From Bacillota bacterium (GTDB lineage Bacteria > Bacillota > Clostridia > Christensenellales > SZUA-584): a DNA stretch of 64,000 nt. Positions within the stretch are counted from its first letter, which is position 1. Each line of letters starts with the position of its first letter. Both the position numbers and the translations under genes were made by a program. The stretch covers positions 39,265 through 103,264 of the forward strand of contig JAEWBO010000040.1 of assembly GCA_023391105.1 (NCBI GenBank). Reading direction: 5' to 3'. A model generated the notes under the pieces. That model saw only the letters and a program-made list of their open reading frames with translations, made no database searches and had not been told where the DNA came from. This document shows positions 36,129-45,079 of this stretch, piece by piece.

Positions 36129-37568
36129 ATGTCAGATTCCAGCTTTCAGATTAATAAAAAAAGTCTCATCACAGCAATCATCATCATCTTCTCCCTCATC
36201 GTCATTTCGTTCTGCCTGACGCTGTTTGTTCCGCCCGGCCAGTTTGAAACCACGACCGATGAGCAAGGCGACGTGGTCTATATACCGGAATCCTACATGC
36301 AAACAGGCGATGCCGGTGAGTACCCCGTGTATAACATACTTCTTTCCGTATTCAAGTCGTTCGCACCTGGCGGTGATGTGAACGTCACGATGATTGTGAT
36401 CATGCTGTTCATACTGCTGATCGGCGGGTCGTTCACGCTGCTTGATAAATCGGGCATACTTCGCGCGGTGATCGCTAAAATCGCGGCAAAGATGTACCGG
36501 CGCAAATATCTGCTTATCGCAGTGATTTCGTTTGTATTCATGTTTTTGGGATCGTTCTTTGGCATACTCGAAGAAATTGTACCGCTGATTCCGCTTATCG
36601 TGGGTCTGTCGTTCATGCTCGGCTGGGACAGTCTCATGGGCCTTTCTTTAAGCCTGCTGTCCGCGAGTTTTGGCTTCGCGGCGGCGCTTTACAACCCGTT
36701 TTCCATCGCAGTGGCGCAGAAGCTCGCAAACGTGCCGCTCTATTCGGGCACATGGCTGCGGCTCATATTCTTCGTGGTGATATACGGTGTGCTGCTGCTG
36801 TTCCTCATTCGATACGCCAAAAAGCTGGATAAAAACCCGATGGTCTCTGCCGTATACCTCGAGGACACCCAAAGGCGTGAGAAATATCAGCTGAGTCCAG
36901 CTCAAATTGAAGAGGCGGCACAATTCAAAAAAAGCCCCATCGTGTTTGTGGGGCTGCTGCTCGGTATCATGTTCGTGTTTCTCATTGCCGCACCGTTTCT
37001 GGGGCTTGCCGATTTTTCGATGATTTTCATCGCCATCATATTCATACTCGCGTCCACCATCGGCGCAAAGCTGGCCGGTTATAAGACTGCCGCCAAAACG
37101 TTCTTCAAGGGCATCGGCGACATCGCGCCCGGCATACTGCTGATTCCCATAGCCATGGCGGTCTCCACGATCATTCGTGACAGCGGCATACAGGACACAC
37201 TGCTGAACTACGCGTCTCTCGCGATTACCAACACGAGCCCGTATATCAACATCATCATCATATACGTCGCAATACTGCTGCTGGAATTCTTCGTGGCGCA
37301 GGCCTCGGCCAAGGCGTTTCTCATCATGCCGCTTGTCGTGCCGCTCGCGTCTTTGACGGGCATTTCAGGGCAAGCCACCGTGTTCGCCTACGCGCTGGGC
37401 GACGGCTTCTTAAACGTGCTCTACCCCACCAACGCCATGCTGCTAATCGCGCTGGGGCTTACCACCGTGAGCTATACCAAGTGGTTCAGATTCACGATTT
37501 GGGTTCAGCTGTTGATCGCGGCCATCAGCGTCGGCTTCCTTATGATCGCTGTGGGCGTGGGTTATTAA
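36129..37568 (+). CDS. YfcC/DcuC-superfamily anaerobic carrier-type transporter
   Basis: 479 aa, polytopic. N-terminus resembles YfcC proteins. Confidence 0.65.
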   Translation: MSDSSFQINKKSLITAIIIIFSLIVISFCLTLFVPPGQFETTTDEQGDVVYIPESYMQTGDAGEYPVYNILLSVFKSFAPGGDVNVTMIVIMLFILLIGGSFTLLDKSGILRAVIAKIAAKMYRRKYLLIAVISFVFMFLGSFFGILEEIVPLIPLIVGLSFMLGWDSLMGLSLSLLSASFGFAAALYNPFSIAVAQKLANVPLYSGTWLRLIFFVVIYGVLLLFLIRYAKKLDKNPMVSAVYLEDTQRREKYQLSPAQIEEAAQFKKSPIVFVGLLLGIMFVFLIAAPFLGLADFSMIFIAIIFILASTIGAKLAGYKTAAKTFFKGIGDIAPGILLIPIAMAVSTIIRDSGIQDTLLNYASLAITNTSPYINIIIIYVAILLLEFFVAQASAKAFLIMPLVVPLASLTGISGQATVFAYALGDGFLNVLYPTNAMLLIALGLTTVSYTKWFRFTIWVQLLIAAISVGFLMIAVGVGY

Positions 37569-37669
37569 TGCATCAGATGTGAATTTGAAACATAAGCTTT
37601 TTTAGTATATAGAGTATTTTCATTGTCTTTACCTTTGACGTGCAAAAGTACTATATGGGAGTAGCGAAA

Positions 37670-38206
37670 ATGTGTGACAACAAAATAATAGTAGTCTACA
37701 AATCCAAAACTGGATTTACTAAAAAATATGCAAACTGGATTTCTCAGGAGCTGCGTTGTGATGCTGTTTCTTTAAGGGAAATCAGACCCGTTGATTTAAA
37801 GCCTTATGATATTGTTATTTTTGGCGGAGGAATACATGCGGGCAGAATTAATGGAATAAGCTTTATCAAAAACAATATGTTTTCATTAAAAGATAAGAAA
37901 GTTATCGTTTTTGCTACTGGTGCAACGGCTTCTATTCCAAATGAAATTGAAAGATTCAAAAACACAAATATACCTAATGACAAAAATATTGCATTTTTTT
38001 ATTTCCAAAGTGGATTGAACTATGCAAATATGCATGGCTCAGATAAGGTACTTATGGGACTATTGAAAACCGTTTTAAAAATGAAGAAAAACAAATCTGA
38101 ACTGGAGCAAGGCACTGAAGATGCAATTCAAAGCTCTTATGACTTTTCAAACAGGGATCAGATTGAACCTCTAATAAGTTTTATAAACGAACTCAAAAAT
38201 ATATAG
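37670..38206 (+). CDS. Flavodoxin-domain protein (HemG-like)
   Basis: IIVVYKSKTGFTKKYANWISQEL...YDIVIFGGGIHAGRING. AT-richer than neighbours. ATG at 37670 after GGGAG. Confidence 0.7.
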   Translation: MCDNKIIVVYKSKTGFTKKYANWISQELRCDAVSLREIRPVDLKPYDIVIFGGGIHAGRINGISFIKNNMFSLKDKKVIVFATGATASIPNEIERFKNTNIPNDKNIAFFYFQSGLNYANMHGSDKVLMGLLKTVLKMKKNKSELEQGTEDAIQSSYDFSNRDQIEPLISFINELKNI

Positions 38207-38248
38207 AGAGTACACCACCTTGCGATGATGACGCCTCTCTTAAAATTC

Positions 38249-38593
38249 TTAATGCAGATTCCTTTCCACATTCACCAAAAAGTCCTGCACGTTTGTCACG
38301 ATGAAGCGCGCGGACAAAGAGCCGCGGTCGTGCAGCTTGCCCACGGCAAACTCTGAAGTATCCACCGTATAGAAATTCACGGGACGGACGATGCCGTCTT
38401 TGACAGTGTAGCAGGGCGTCATGTTACCCGTGGCAATGGCATGAAGCTGTGTCGCAAGCGTGATGACCGTGGTGGCCTGCTTGATGAGCGCGCGCATTTT
38501 CGACTGCGCTTCATATACGTTCGCAATCACGTCGGGCAGCGGGCTGTCGTCGCAGATGGCAAATTCCGGCGCACAGTCATCGGGCAGCTTCAT
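38249..38593 (-). CDS. Hypothetical 114-aa protein, third gene of ArsR/CoADR-rhodanese operon
   Basis: ORF with coding-like composition. 17-nt gap after the ArsR gene. No motif I recognise. Confidence 0.45.
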   Translation of the reverse strand: MKLPDDCAPEFAICDDSPLPDVIANVYEAQSKMRALIKQATTVITLATQLHAIATGNMTPCYTVKDGIVRPVNFYTVDTSEFAVGKLHDRGSLSARFIVTNVQDFLVNVERNLH

Positions 38594-38610
38594 GGAAACA
38601 ACCTTCGTTA

Positions 38611-38880
38611 TTACTTTGGCAGCAGTTCAAGCAAACGCAGCGCGGCCCTGTCCACAACGTGATAGCACACGTAGCTTCCCTGCCGCTCGCAATCGACGAT
38701 GCCTGCGGCCTTGAGCTTAGACAGATGAAGTGAAATGACCGGCTGCGGAATGCCCAGCGCTTCACAAATCTGTTTGACGTGGAGGCCTTTCTTCGATAGC
38801 CCGTTTACGATGCATAATCTTATCGGATGACCCAGCACGCGCAGCTTTACGGCCATCGTTTCATATTTTGACAGATCCAT
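38611..38880 (-). CDS. ArsR/SmtB-family transcriptional regulator
   Basis: Internal ATG at 38880 gives MDLSKYETMAVKLRVLGHPIRLCIVNGL...ISLHLSKLKAAGIV. Confidence 0.8.
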   Translation of the reverse strand: MDLSKYETMAVKLRVLGHPIRLCIVNGLSKKGLHVKQICEALGIPQPVISLHLSKLKAAGIVDCERQGSYVCYHVVDRAALRLLELLPK

Positions 38881-38881
38881 C

Positions 38882-40528
38882 TTATCCCTTTCTGGTGAAC
38901 AATTCAAACAAAGAATAACCACCGCTTAAGTTCTTGGCTTTGTAGCCCTGCTGCTTGAGCATGCGCTCTGCCGTGTACGATCGGTGACCGCTGCGGCAAA
39001 ACACCACGATCTCTTTGTCCTTGGGCAGCTCGCTCATGCGTCCTCGCAGCTCCGAAAGCGGAATATGAACAGAACCGGCAATTGTGCCCGCGTCCCGTTC
39101 CTTTTGCGTGCGCACATCCAGAAAGACCGCGTCGTCAAGCGTCTTGACCTCATGCCACTGCGCCACCTCGCTAAGACCGCCTGTCACATCAGCCGCCATG
39201 AAGCCCGCCATATTGATGACATCCTTTGCGGCGCCGAACGACGGCGCATAGGCCAGCTCAATATCTGCCAGCTTATCTGCGGTGAGCCCTGCGCGCATGG
39301 CTGTGGCAAGCACATCAATGCGTTTATCCACGCCCTCTTCACCTACTATCTGCGCACCGAGTATTCGCCCTGTCCTTTTTTCAAATATCAGCTTTAATAC
39401 AATCGCCTTTGCACCCGGATAATAAGGTTCACGTGAGAGGCCGCTTACGTATATCTTTTCATACCTTATCTCCCTGATGTTAAGCTCCTTTTCAGTGAGA
39501 CCGGCGCTGGCCATCTGAGTATCGAATATCTTGATCACCGATACGCCAAGCATCTGCTTGAATTTCGAGCTGATGCCGCATATGTTGTCTGCCGCGTTGC
39601 GTCCCTGTCGGATCGCAAAAGATACCGTGCAAGGCAATATTTTGCCGCCGAACACCGACTCCACCTCAACCGCGTCGCCCACCGCATAAATATCCTTATC
39701 CGTGGTCTGCTGGTGTTCATCAACAAGTATGCCGCCCGTGACGCCTATGCCCAGCCCCGCGTTTTTTGCGAGTCCTGTTTCGGGTGTGGCTCCTGCGCAG
39801 AGTATCACAATATCCGCAAACAAAAAGCGCTCCTCTGCGAGCTCCAGCCGTATTCCTTCCTCTGTCGGGTGAAACGCGACAACAGGCGTATGCGTGATCA
39901 GTGCGACGCTGTTGTCCTCCAGCACTTGTCTAGCAAACCGCGCCATATCGCCGTCAAAGGACGGTAAAGGATGGTCGCTGCGCTCAACGATGCACGTTTT
40001 GATACCGCGCCTGGACAGGTTCTCCGCCACCTCAAGCCCGATGTTTCCCCCGCCGATGACGGCCGCCCGCCGCACCTTGTATGTGTCGATATGCGCAGAT
40101 ATCGCATTTAAATCTCGTAAGTTCCTCAGCGTGTATATACCCTGCGTATCCGCTCCGCTGACATCCGGACGGTTCGGCGTTGTCCCTGTCGCGAGAATGA
40201 GCTTATCGTACTTATATCGATAAGACTCTCCTGTATTTAAGTCATGGACGGTGACTGTGTTGTCATGTCTGTTAATAGCGGTCACCTCGCATTTCAGCTT
40301 GACATCAATTGCATATTGCGACATGATTTCCTGCACAGACTGTAAACCTTCAACATCCTTTAAATTTATCACTTTGCCGATGCAGTATGGCAAAGAGCTG
40401 CTTGGGAGTGCCACATGCTCCGCCCTTTCAAAAACCGTGATTATCGCGTTTTCGTCAAGACGCCTAAGCCGTGTCGCCGCACTGATGCCCCCCGCTATTC
40501 CTCCGATAATGACATATTTCTTTTTCAT
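38882..40528 (-). CDS. CoA-disulfide reductase-like flavoprotein fused to a C-terminal rhodanese domain
   Basis: 548 aa. YVIIGGIAGG FAD fold. Second GGGNIGLE NAD(P) fold. Rhodanese loop VVFCRSGHRS. The canonical SFANC redox Cys position reads PSSSLPYCIG. Confidence 0.8.
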   Translation of the reverse strand: MKKKYVIIGGIAGGISAATRLRRLDENAIITVFERAEHVALPSSSLPYCIGKVINLKDVEGLQSVQEIMSQYAIDVKLKCEVTAINRHDNTVTVHDLNTGESYRYKYDKLILATGTTPNRPDVSGADTQGIYTLRNLRDLNAISAHIDTYKVRRAAVIGGGNIGLEVAENLSRRGIKTCIVERSDHPLPSFDGDMARFARQVLEDNSVALITHTPVVAFHPTEEGIRLELAEERFLFADIVILCAGATPETGLAKNAGLGIGVTGGILVDEHQQTTDKDIYAVGDAVEVESVFGGKILPCTVSFAIRQGRNAADNICGISSKFKQMLGVSVIKIFDTQMASAGLTEKELNIREIRYEKIYVSGLSREPYYPGAKAIVLKLIFEKRTGRILGAQIVGEEGVDKRIDVLATAMRAGLTADKLADIELAYAPSFGAAKDVINMAGFMAADVTGGLSEVAQWHEVKTLDDAVFLDVRTQKERDAGTIAGSVHIPLSELRGRMSELPKDKEIVVFCRSGHRSYTAERMLKQQGYKAKNLSGGYSLFELFTRKG

Positions 40529-40680
40529 CTTGACTCCCTTTTTTAAAGCTTAATGCTTATATTATATATATATTGTTATATTCGATTATATATTTATATC
40601 CCCTTTGTATTATTCCATATTTTCTTGTACTTTATTATATCTTTATCTGTCTTTCTGATATAATAAACGGGGAGGGTCTT

Positions 40681-41493
40681 ATGATTTTTGGAATGTCAAC
40701 GGCGTGTTTTTTTCCCAAAATATATAATGAAGATGCGATTGATGTCATGGGTAAGATGGGCATCGCCAATATCGAAATATTTTTCAGCTGCATGTCCGAG
40801 TACAAAACGGATTTTGTAAAAGAACTAAAGAAGCGCGCCGGGTTTTGGGGCATCAATGTCAATTCTGTGCACGCGTTTACGCTGCAGTTTGAACCCCAGC
40901 TTTTCTCAAAGCATGAACGCGCAAGGCTGGAAGCGCTGGATATCTATAAACAGGTGGTTGAAGCAGCCGCTGTGCTGGGCGCCGATTCGTATGTGTTCCA
41001 CGGCCCGGCCAATGTCAAACGGGTCCAAAGCCTTGTGCTCAATTACGAAGCCATCGCCGAAACAACACAGCCGTTGATAGACATTACAGAAGATGCCGGC
41101 ATAAAGCTTTCGTGGGAAAACGTTCACTGGTGCTGGTATGCGACGCCGGATTTTCCTCAAAGGCTGCTGCCTTTGCTCGCTTCTGATAACCTCTTTTTCA
41201 CGCTTGACCTAAAGCAGGCGGTTCAGTCCGGGTTTGATCCCGCTGAATATATCAGCGGTACGCAAGGCCGTCTCAGCAATGTGCATATCTGTGACGTGAA
41301 ACACGACGATAAGCTTGGCTGTGTACCGGTGCTTCCCTTCCACGGCAGCATCGATTTTCACAGCCTCAAAAATGCGCTCAGGCAAAATAATTATGACGGT
41401 GCAATGATACTCGAGGTGTACAGTCATAACTATCAGAGCCAAGGCGATCTTCTTCATAATTACAATCGTGTCAATGCCTTCTTTACGGAATAG
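40681..41493 (+). CDS. Sugar phosphate isomerase/epimerase (xylose isomerase-like TIM barrel)
   Basis: ATG at 40681 after GGGGAGGG. Motifs ...VFHGPA..., ...LSWENVHW..., ...MILEVY... Confidence 0.7.
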   Translation: MIFGMSTACFFPKIYNEDAIDVMGKMGIANIEIFFSCMSEYKTDFVKELKKRAGFWGINVNSVHAFTLQFEPQLFSKHERARLEALDIYKQVVEAAAVLGADSYVFHGPANVKRVQSLVLNYEAIAETTQPLIDITEDAGIKLSWENVHWCWYATPDFPQRLLPLLASDNLFFTLDLKQAVQSGFDPAEYISGTQGRLSNVHICDVKHDDKLGCVPVLPFHGSIDFHSLKNALRQNNYDGAMILEVYSHNYQSQGDLLHNYNRVNAFFTE

Positions 41494-41563
41494 CTAAGAA
41501 AGCTTTGAGTACCATTTATTTAGTGTGAAAATGTTTCATCGCATGTGAAAAGGGTATTAAAAA

Positions 41564-42472
41564 TTGAATCTATTTAAGGTTGCATGTATGAAAAATCTTT
41601 TAGATCCGTTTAAAGAGACGATATGCATCACCATAAGCTCAAAGAATCTTGCACATAAAATGCCTGTCTGCATTGCGGTGCGCAAGGTTTTTCTTATTGC
41701 TGCCGGATTTGTTTTCGTCTGCGCAGTGGGACTGGGCGCCTTTGCAGGCATCAGTACTTATATCAGAATGGACAAACTCAATTTAGCCATGAATGACATG
41801 GAAACGGAGCGCGATGTCGCTTTGGCCGCACTAAGCAGCATTGTCATTCCTCAGCAAACATCTGCCGCCGATTCAGAAGTGTCCGAAGACAAAGCAATGC
41901 CGGTCATTTGGGGTGATGAAGTTGCGGTGGACGGTTCAGAGGATTCCGAGCGTCTATCCGATCCTTGGCTGACAGTGGAAGCCGCACCCATTGTGGAAAG
42001 CATTCAGTACGATAACGGCAGCGTCAACGGGCATGTCGAGCTGATCGACTGGTTCAATGGCGGATCGGAATTGTATTCCCGGTATACCGAAGCAACAGTC
42101 ATTGATGTGGAAACGGGGCTCTCGTTCCATGTTCGCCGCTTCGGCGGCCAATACCATGGCGACAGCGAACCGCTGACCGCTGAGGACACTGAGATCATGA
42201 AGCAGATCGTTGGCGGCGCGTGGACGTGGGACAGGCATGCCATTTGGCTGAAAATCGGTGAGCGCTATATCGCGGCATCGATGAATGGGATGCCGCATAT
42301 GACCAGCCCCACCGCCGGTAATAATTTCCCCGGGCACTTTTGCGTTCACTTCCTGCACAGCAAAGTGCACGAGACAGGGCAAGAATGCACCAAACATCAA
42401 GCTGAGGTAATCGAAGCTTTCGCAAGCGCAGATAAGCTCGATGAATACTTGTTAACGCATGAATACAAATAA
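41564..42472 (+). CDS. Membrane-anchored protein of unknown function
   Basis: One TM (VFLIAAGFVFVCAVGLGAFAGI), then about 230 aa with a His-rich end (PGHFCVHFLHSKVH). Start uncertain (ATG at 41588 possible). Stop lies 14 nt before the bactofilin start. Confidence 0.5.
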   Translation: MNLFKVACMKNLLDPFKETICITISSKNLAHKMPVCIAVRKVFLIAAGFVFVCAVGLGAFAGISTYIRMDKLNLAMNDMETERDVALAALSSIVIPQQTSAADSEVSEDKAMPVIWGDEVAVDGSEDSERLSDPWLTVEAAPIVESIQYDNGSVNGHVELIDWFNGGSELYSRYTEATVIDVETGLSFHVRRFGGQYHGDSEPLTAEDTEIMKQIVGGAWTWDRHAIWLKIGERYIAASMNGMPHMTSPTAGNNFPGHFCVHFLHSKVHETGQECTKHQAEVIEAFASADKLDEYLLTHEYK

Positions 42473-42485
42473 AGGAGCAATACAA

Positions 42486-43145
42486 ATGGCTAATATTCTC
42501 AAAAACGATGGATTGCGCACTGCGAAGAATCTTCCCGATGCGACTATACCACCCGGCACTGTGTTCACCGGTGATATTGAAACGGCCGGCGGCGTCCGCG
42601 TTGATGGGACTGTGAAAGGTAAGGTTTCCGCAGGAGGCGATGTGACCATCGGCGTAGACGGCATTATCGAAGGCGGCGCCAAAGCATGTAATGTGAATGT
42701 CGCCGGTAAGATTATCGGAAACATCACGGCAGCGGGCGCGGCGAAAATGCTGGCGGGTTCCAAGATCGTGGGCGATCTGGCAGCTACCTGTTTTGCAATT
42801 GAAAAGGGCGCTTATTTTAAGGGCAAGTGCACGATTACCGACAACAGCGAACAACCGATGCTGAGTGCTCCTAAATCCGAATTTTCTGAATCGGCTGAGC
42901 CTAAAGCGTCTGAGCCCGAAGCGGCTGAGTCTCAAACATCTGAGCCTGAAGCAGCTGAGTCTAGGGCGGCTGAGTCCGAAGCGGCTAAGCACGAAGCAGC
43001 TGAGTCTAAGGCGCCTGAGCCCGAAGCGGCTGAATCCGAAGCGCCTAAGTCTGAAGTGATTGAGACCGAAACAAAACAGGTAGCCGAGAAAAAACAAAAT
43101 TCTGTTAAATCTTCGGCTAAGCAGAATAAACATAAGAAGCGTTGA
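42486..43145 (+). CDS. Bactofilin (DUF583) with acidic repeat C-terminal tail
   Basis: ATG at 42486 after AAAGGAG. Beta-helical core GDIETAGGVRVDGTVKGKVSAGGDVTIGVDGIIEGGAKACNVNVAGKIIGNI. Tail of (S/P)E(P/S)EAAE units. Confidence 0.8.
   Translation: MANILKNDGLRTAKNLPDATIPPGTVFTGDIETAGGVRVDGTVKGKVSAGGDVTIGVDGIIEGGAKACNVNVAGKIIGNITAAGAAKMLAGSKIVGDLAATCFAIEKGAYFKGKCTITDNSEQPMLSAPKSEFSESAEPKASEPEAAESQTSEPEAAESRAAESEAAKHEAAESKAPEPEAAESEAPKSEVIETETKQVAEKKQNSVKSSAKQNKHKKR
42886..43056 (+). repeat. Imperfect tandem coding repeat (about 18-nt units) in the bactofilin tail
   Basis: Repeated tctgagcc(c/t)gaagc(g/a)gctgag units read directly. They generate long spurious ORFs in other frames. Confidence 0.8.
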
Positions 43146-43207
43146 AAAAGCTTTGGCCGGTGACTGACGCAAAGCGTCATATCGGCCACCGGATCAATGC
43201 AGCCTTG

Positions 43208-43237
43208 GCCTGATTCGCTTAGCTTATCAGGCTTTTT
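43208..43237 (+). terminator. Intrinsic terminator after the bactofilin gene
   Basis: gcctgat-tcgcttagctt-atcaggc followed by TTTTT. Confidence 0.6.
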
Positions 43238-43311
43238 CTATGACATCTTTAAGACCTTTCCTTACGAGAGCCTAAGCCGCACAAACGGGCCTTCTAAACG
43301 AACGACAACAT

Positions 43312-43500
43312 AAAAAGCACTCTTTCGAGTGCCTTGGGTATCAAAAAAGTTACTTTTATCATTCCGATTGAGCATAGCGATCGACTATGGAGTGGATTGG
43401 AATCCCCTTCTACAAAGCACTTTTCATGGGATTCCTCGACAGGCTCGGAATGACAAAACAGGGTTTATCGACTGACTGAGAACTCATTTGAGTGCCTTTT
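43312..43500. repeat. Palindromic non-coding repeat element, copy B (inverted relative to copy A, with a 15-nt internal deletion)
   Basis: The reverse complement aligns with 28152-28303. Flanking direct repeats are agcactctttcgagtgcctt (43316-35) and agaactcatttgagtgcctt (43479-98). Confidence 0.75.
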
Positions 43501-43523
43501 AATATATATTTTATTAAACTGTA

Positions 43524-44954
43524 TTACGCTGAATAGGATGCATAAGGCTTGCCAGCCACGTGAATGATAGCATCCACAACTTTTGGGCAATAGCCTTTTC
43601 CCCTCATTTCAATCAAACGCTTTGTGACGTCGCCAAAACTTTCCGTACCGGATGAAATAATATCGTCGAAGCCGCGGACACCCGCAATGATGCGGCTGGC
43701 GAGCGGGAGCATATCCTGCCACTTGTCATAGCGTTTATGTATATCAAGGTAAAGCTCCTGCATATCCTTTAGTTCGTCCACCTTGCTGATGATTTCACGA
43801 CCATTGACCACATGCAGCATATAATCATCCAGATCCTTGCCGGACAGGTTCAATCTATTTTTAATAAGCCTGTCGTCCACGCTGATAAGGCCAATATCCG
43901 CTATTTTGGCAAGCACCTTTATCTCGCTGATATATTCTTCATTACATCTGAGCGCCGCGGCCACCTGTGACGAAAGGCTTTGCAGCCTGATTTGGCGCTT
44001 GCCCCAGCCCACCTTTTTTTCAATAATATCGTTCATACTGTCGATAACAGTGCTTTCGGTGAGCACCGTGTGTATGGCTTTGTTTTTGCGCATTTTATGA
44101 AGCGCCTGACGGTATAGATCGCAAAAGCTTATTGCCTTGTCAGTCGCCGCATGACCAAAACTGACATCCGTTTTGATAAGATTCATGTACATGCCATGAA
44201 GCATCATGCGCGCTTGTTTGATCTTATTGTCAATTTCGAGCTGTCCTATACCCGCATACACAGCGCAATATTCCCCGCCGCCGATACGCGCAATCATCTC
44301 TGCGTCGAAGAAGCATTCTCTGATAACCTCAGCCACATTTTTTATCAGCGTGTTGCCCGCGTTATAGCCGAATAAGTTGTTAATTTCATTGAACCTGTCT
44401 ATCTTGGCAACGATCAGCGTCTGCGGGTACATGCCGAATCTAAAAAAATCATTGACGAACGAATCGAGCGCACTGGCGCTGGAAAGGCCTGTCAACGCGT
44501 CATGGTCTTGAATATCTTCACGACTCATCTTGTGAGGCTCGGACGATTTTTGCTCATATGCATAACCAACGGCAAACACACGGTCATCATTGGCAACGGC
44601 CATACCTTTTGCTTCATAGCATTGCAACCGTCCTTCGTGGAAATATCTGATTTTCAGATTGATCTGACGGCGTTCATAGCTGGAAATAAAGGAGACAGCA
44701 GAGCGCAATGGCGATATATCATCTTCATGGATATTTTCTAGCAGCTGCTCAAAGGAAAGGACCGATTCCAGTCCTGTTTTCAAATCGGTTAAAATGAAAT
44801 CTCCGGATAAGAAATCTAATTCCCAAGCAAATAACGCCTGCGCACACTCGGACATATTAACTGAATCAAACATGCCCATCTGTTCGCACACTGTGTGGTT
44901 TTTATTAAAAAAGTGGCTGGAGTGCTCACGGTTTATATCTTCAAATAAGTGCAC
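43524..44954 (-). CDS. PAS-like / degenerate GGDEF / degenerate HD-GYP protein
   Basis: 476 aa. GGDEF domain with GGGEY in place of GG(D/E)EF and no RxxD. The C-terminal region is colinear with HD-GYP, but HD is AD (KIADIGL), HHE is IHK, and GYP is missing. Confidence 0.65.
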   Translation of the reverse strand: MHLFEDINREHSSHFFNKNHTVCEQMGMFDSVNMSECAQALFAWELDFLSGDFILTDLKTGLESVLSFEQLLENIHEDDISPLRSAVSFISSYERRQINLKIRYFHEGRLQCYEAKGMAVANDDRVFAVGYAYEQKSSEPHKMSREDIQDHDALTGLSSASALDSFVNDFFRFGMYPQTLIVAKIDRFNEINNLFGYNAGNTLIKNVAEVIRECFFDAEMIARIGGGEYCAVYAGIGQLEIDNKIKQARMMLHGMYMNLIKTDVSFGHAATDKAISFCDLYRQALHKMRKNKAIHTVLTESTVIDSMNDIIEKKVGWGKRQIRLQSLSSQVAAALRCNEEYISEIKVLAKIADIGLISVDDRLIKNRLNLSGKDLDDYMLHVVNGREIISKVDELKDMQELYLDIHKRYDKWQDMLPLASRIIAGVRGFDDIISSGTESFGDVTKRLIEMRGKGYCPKVVDAIIHVAGKPYASYSA

Positions 44955-45079
44955 GTATATTCTTCCTCCGAGAAAAGTGTCAGTTGATTTATAAACAGAT
45001 TAACATCGGATGAAACAAATGAAAAGGGACGTAAAAAGTAAAACCTTGTCCTTTTTTGGCGGAATACAAAGATGCAAAT

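Noticed and set aside
42886-43056. Regularly spaced short repeats that could be mistaken for a CRISPR-like array.
   Set aside because: The units are contiguous (no spacers), in frame, and encode the acidic tail of the bactofilin. No cas genes are present. No CRISPR array was seen anywhere in the window.
42195-43172. 325-aa minus-strand ORF and several other ORFs (42865-43059, 42932-43189) over the bactofilin gene.
   Set aside because: These are artefacts of the 18-nt tandem repeat and GC-rich bactofilin core. The products are repetitive (RFGLRRLRLS...), and the bactofilin frame has clear family motifs.
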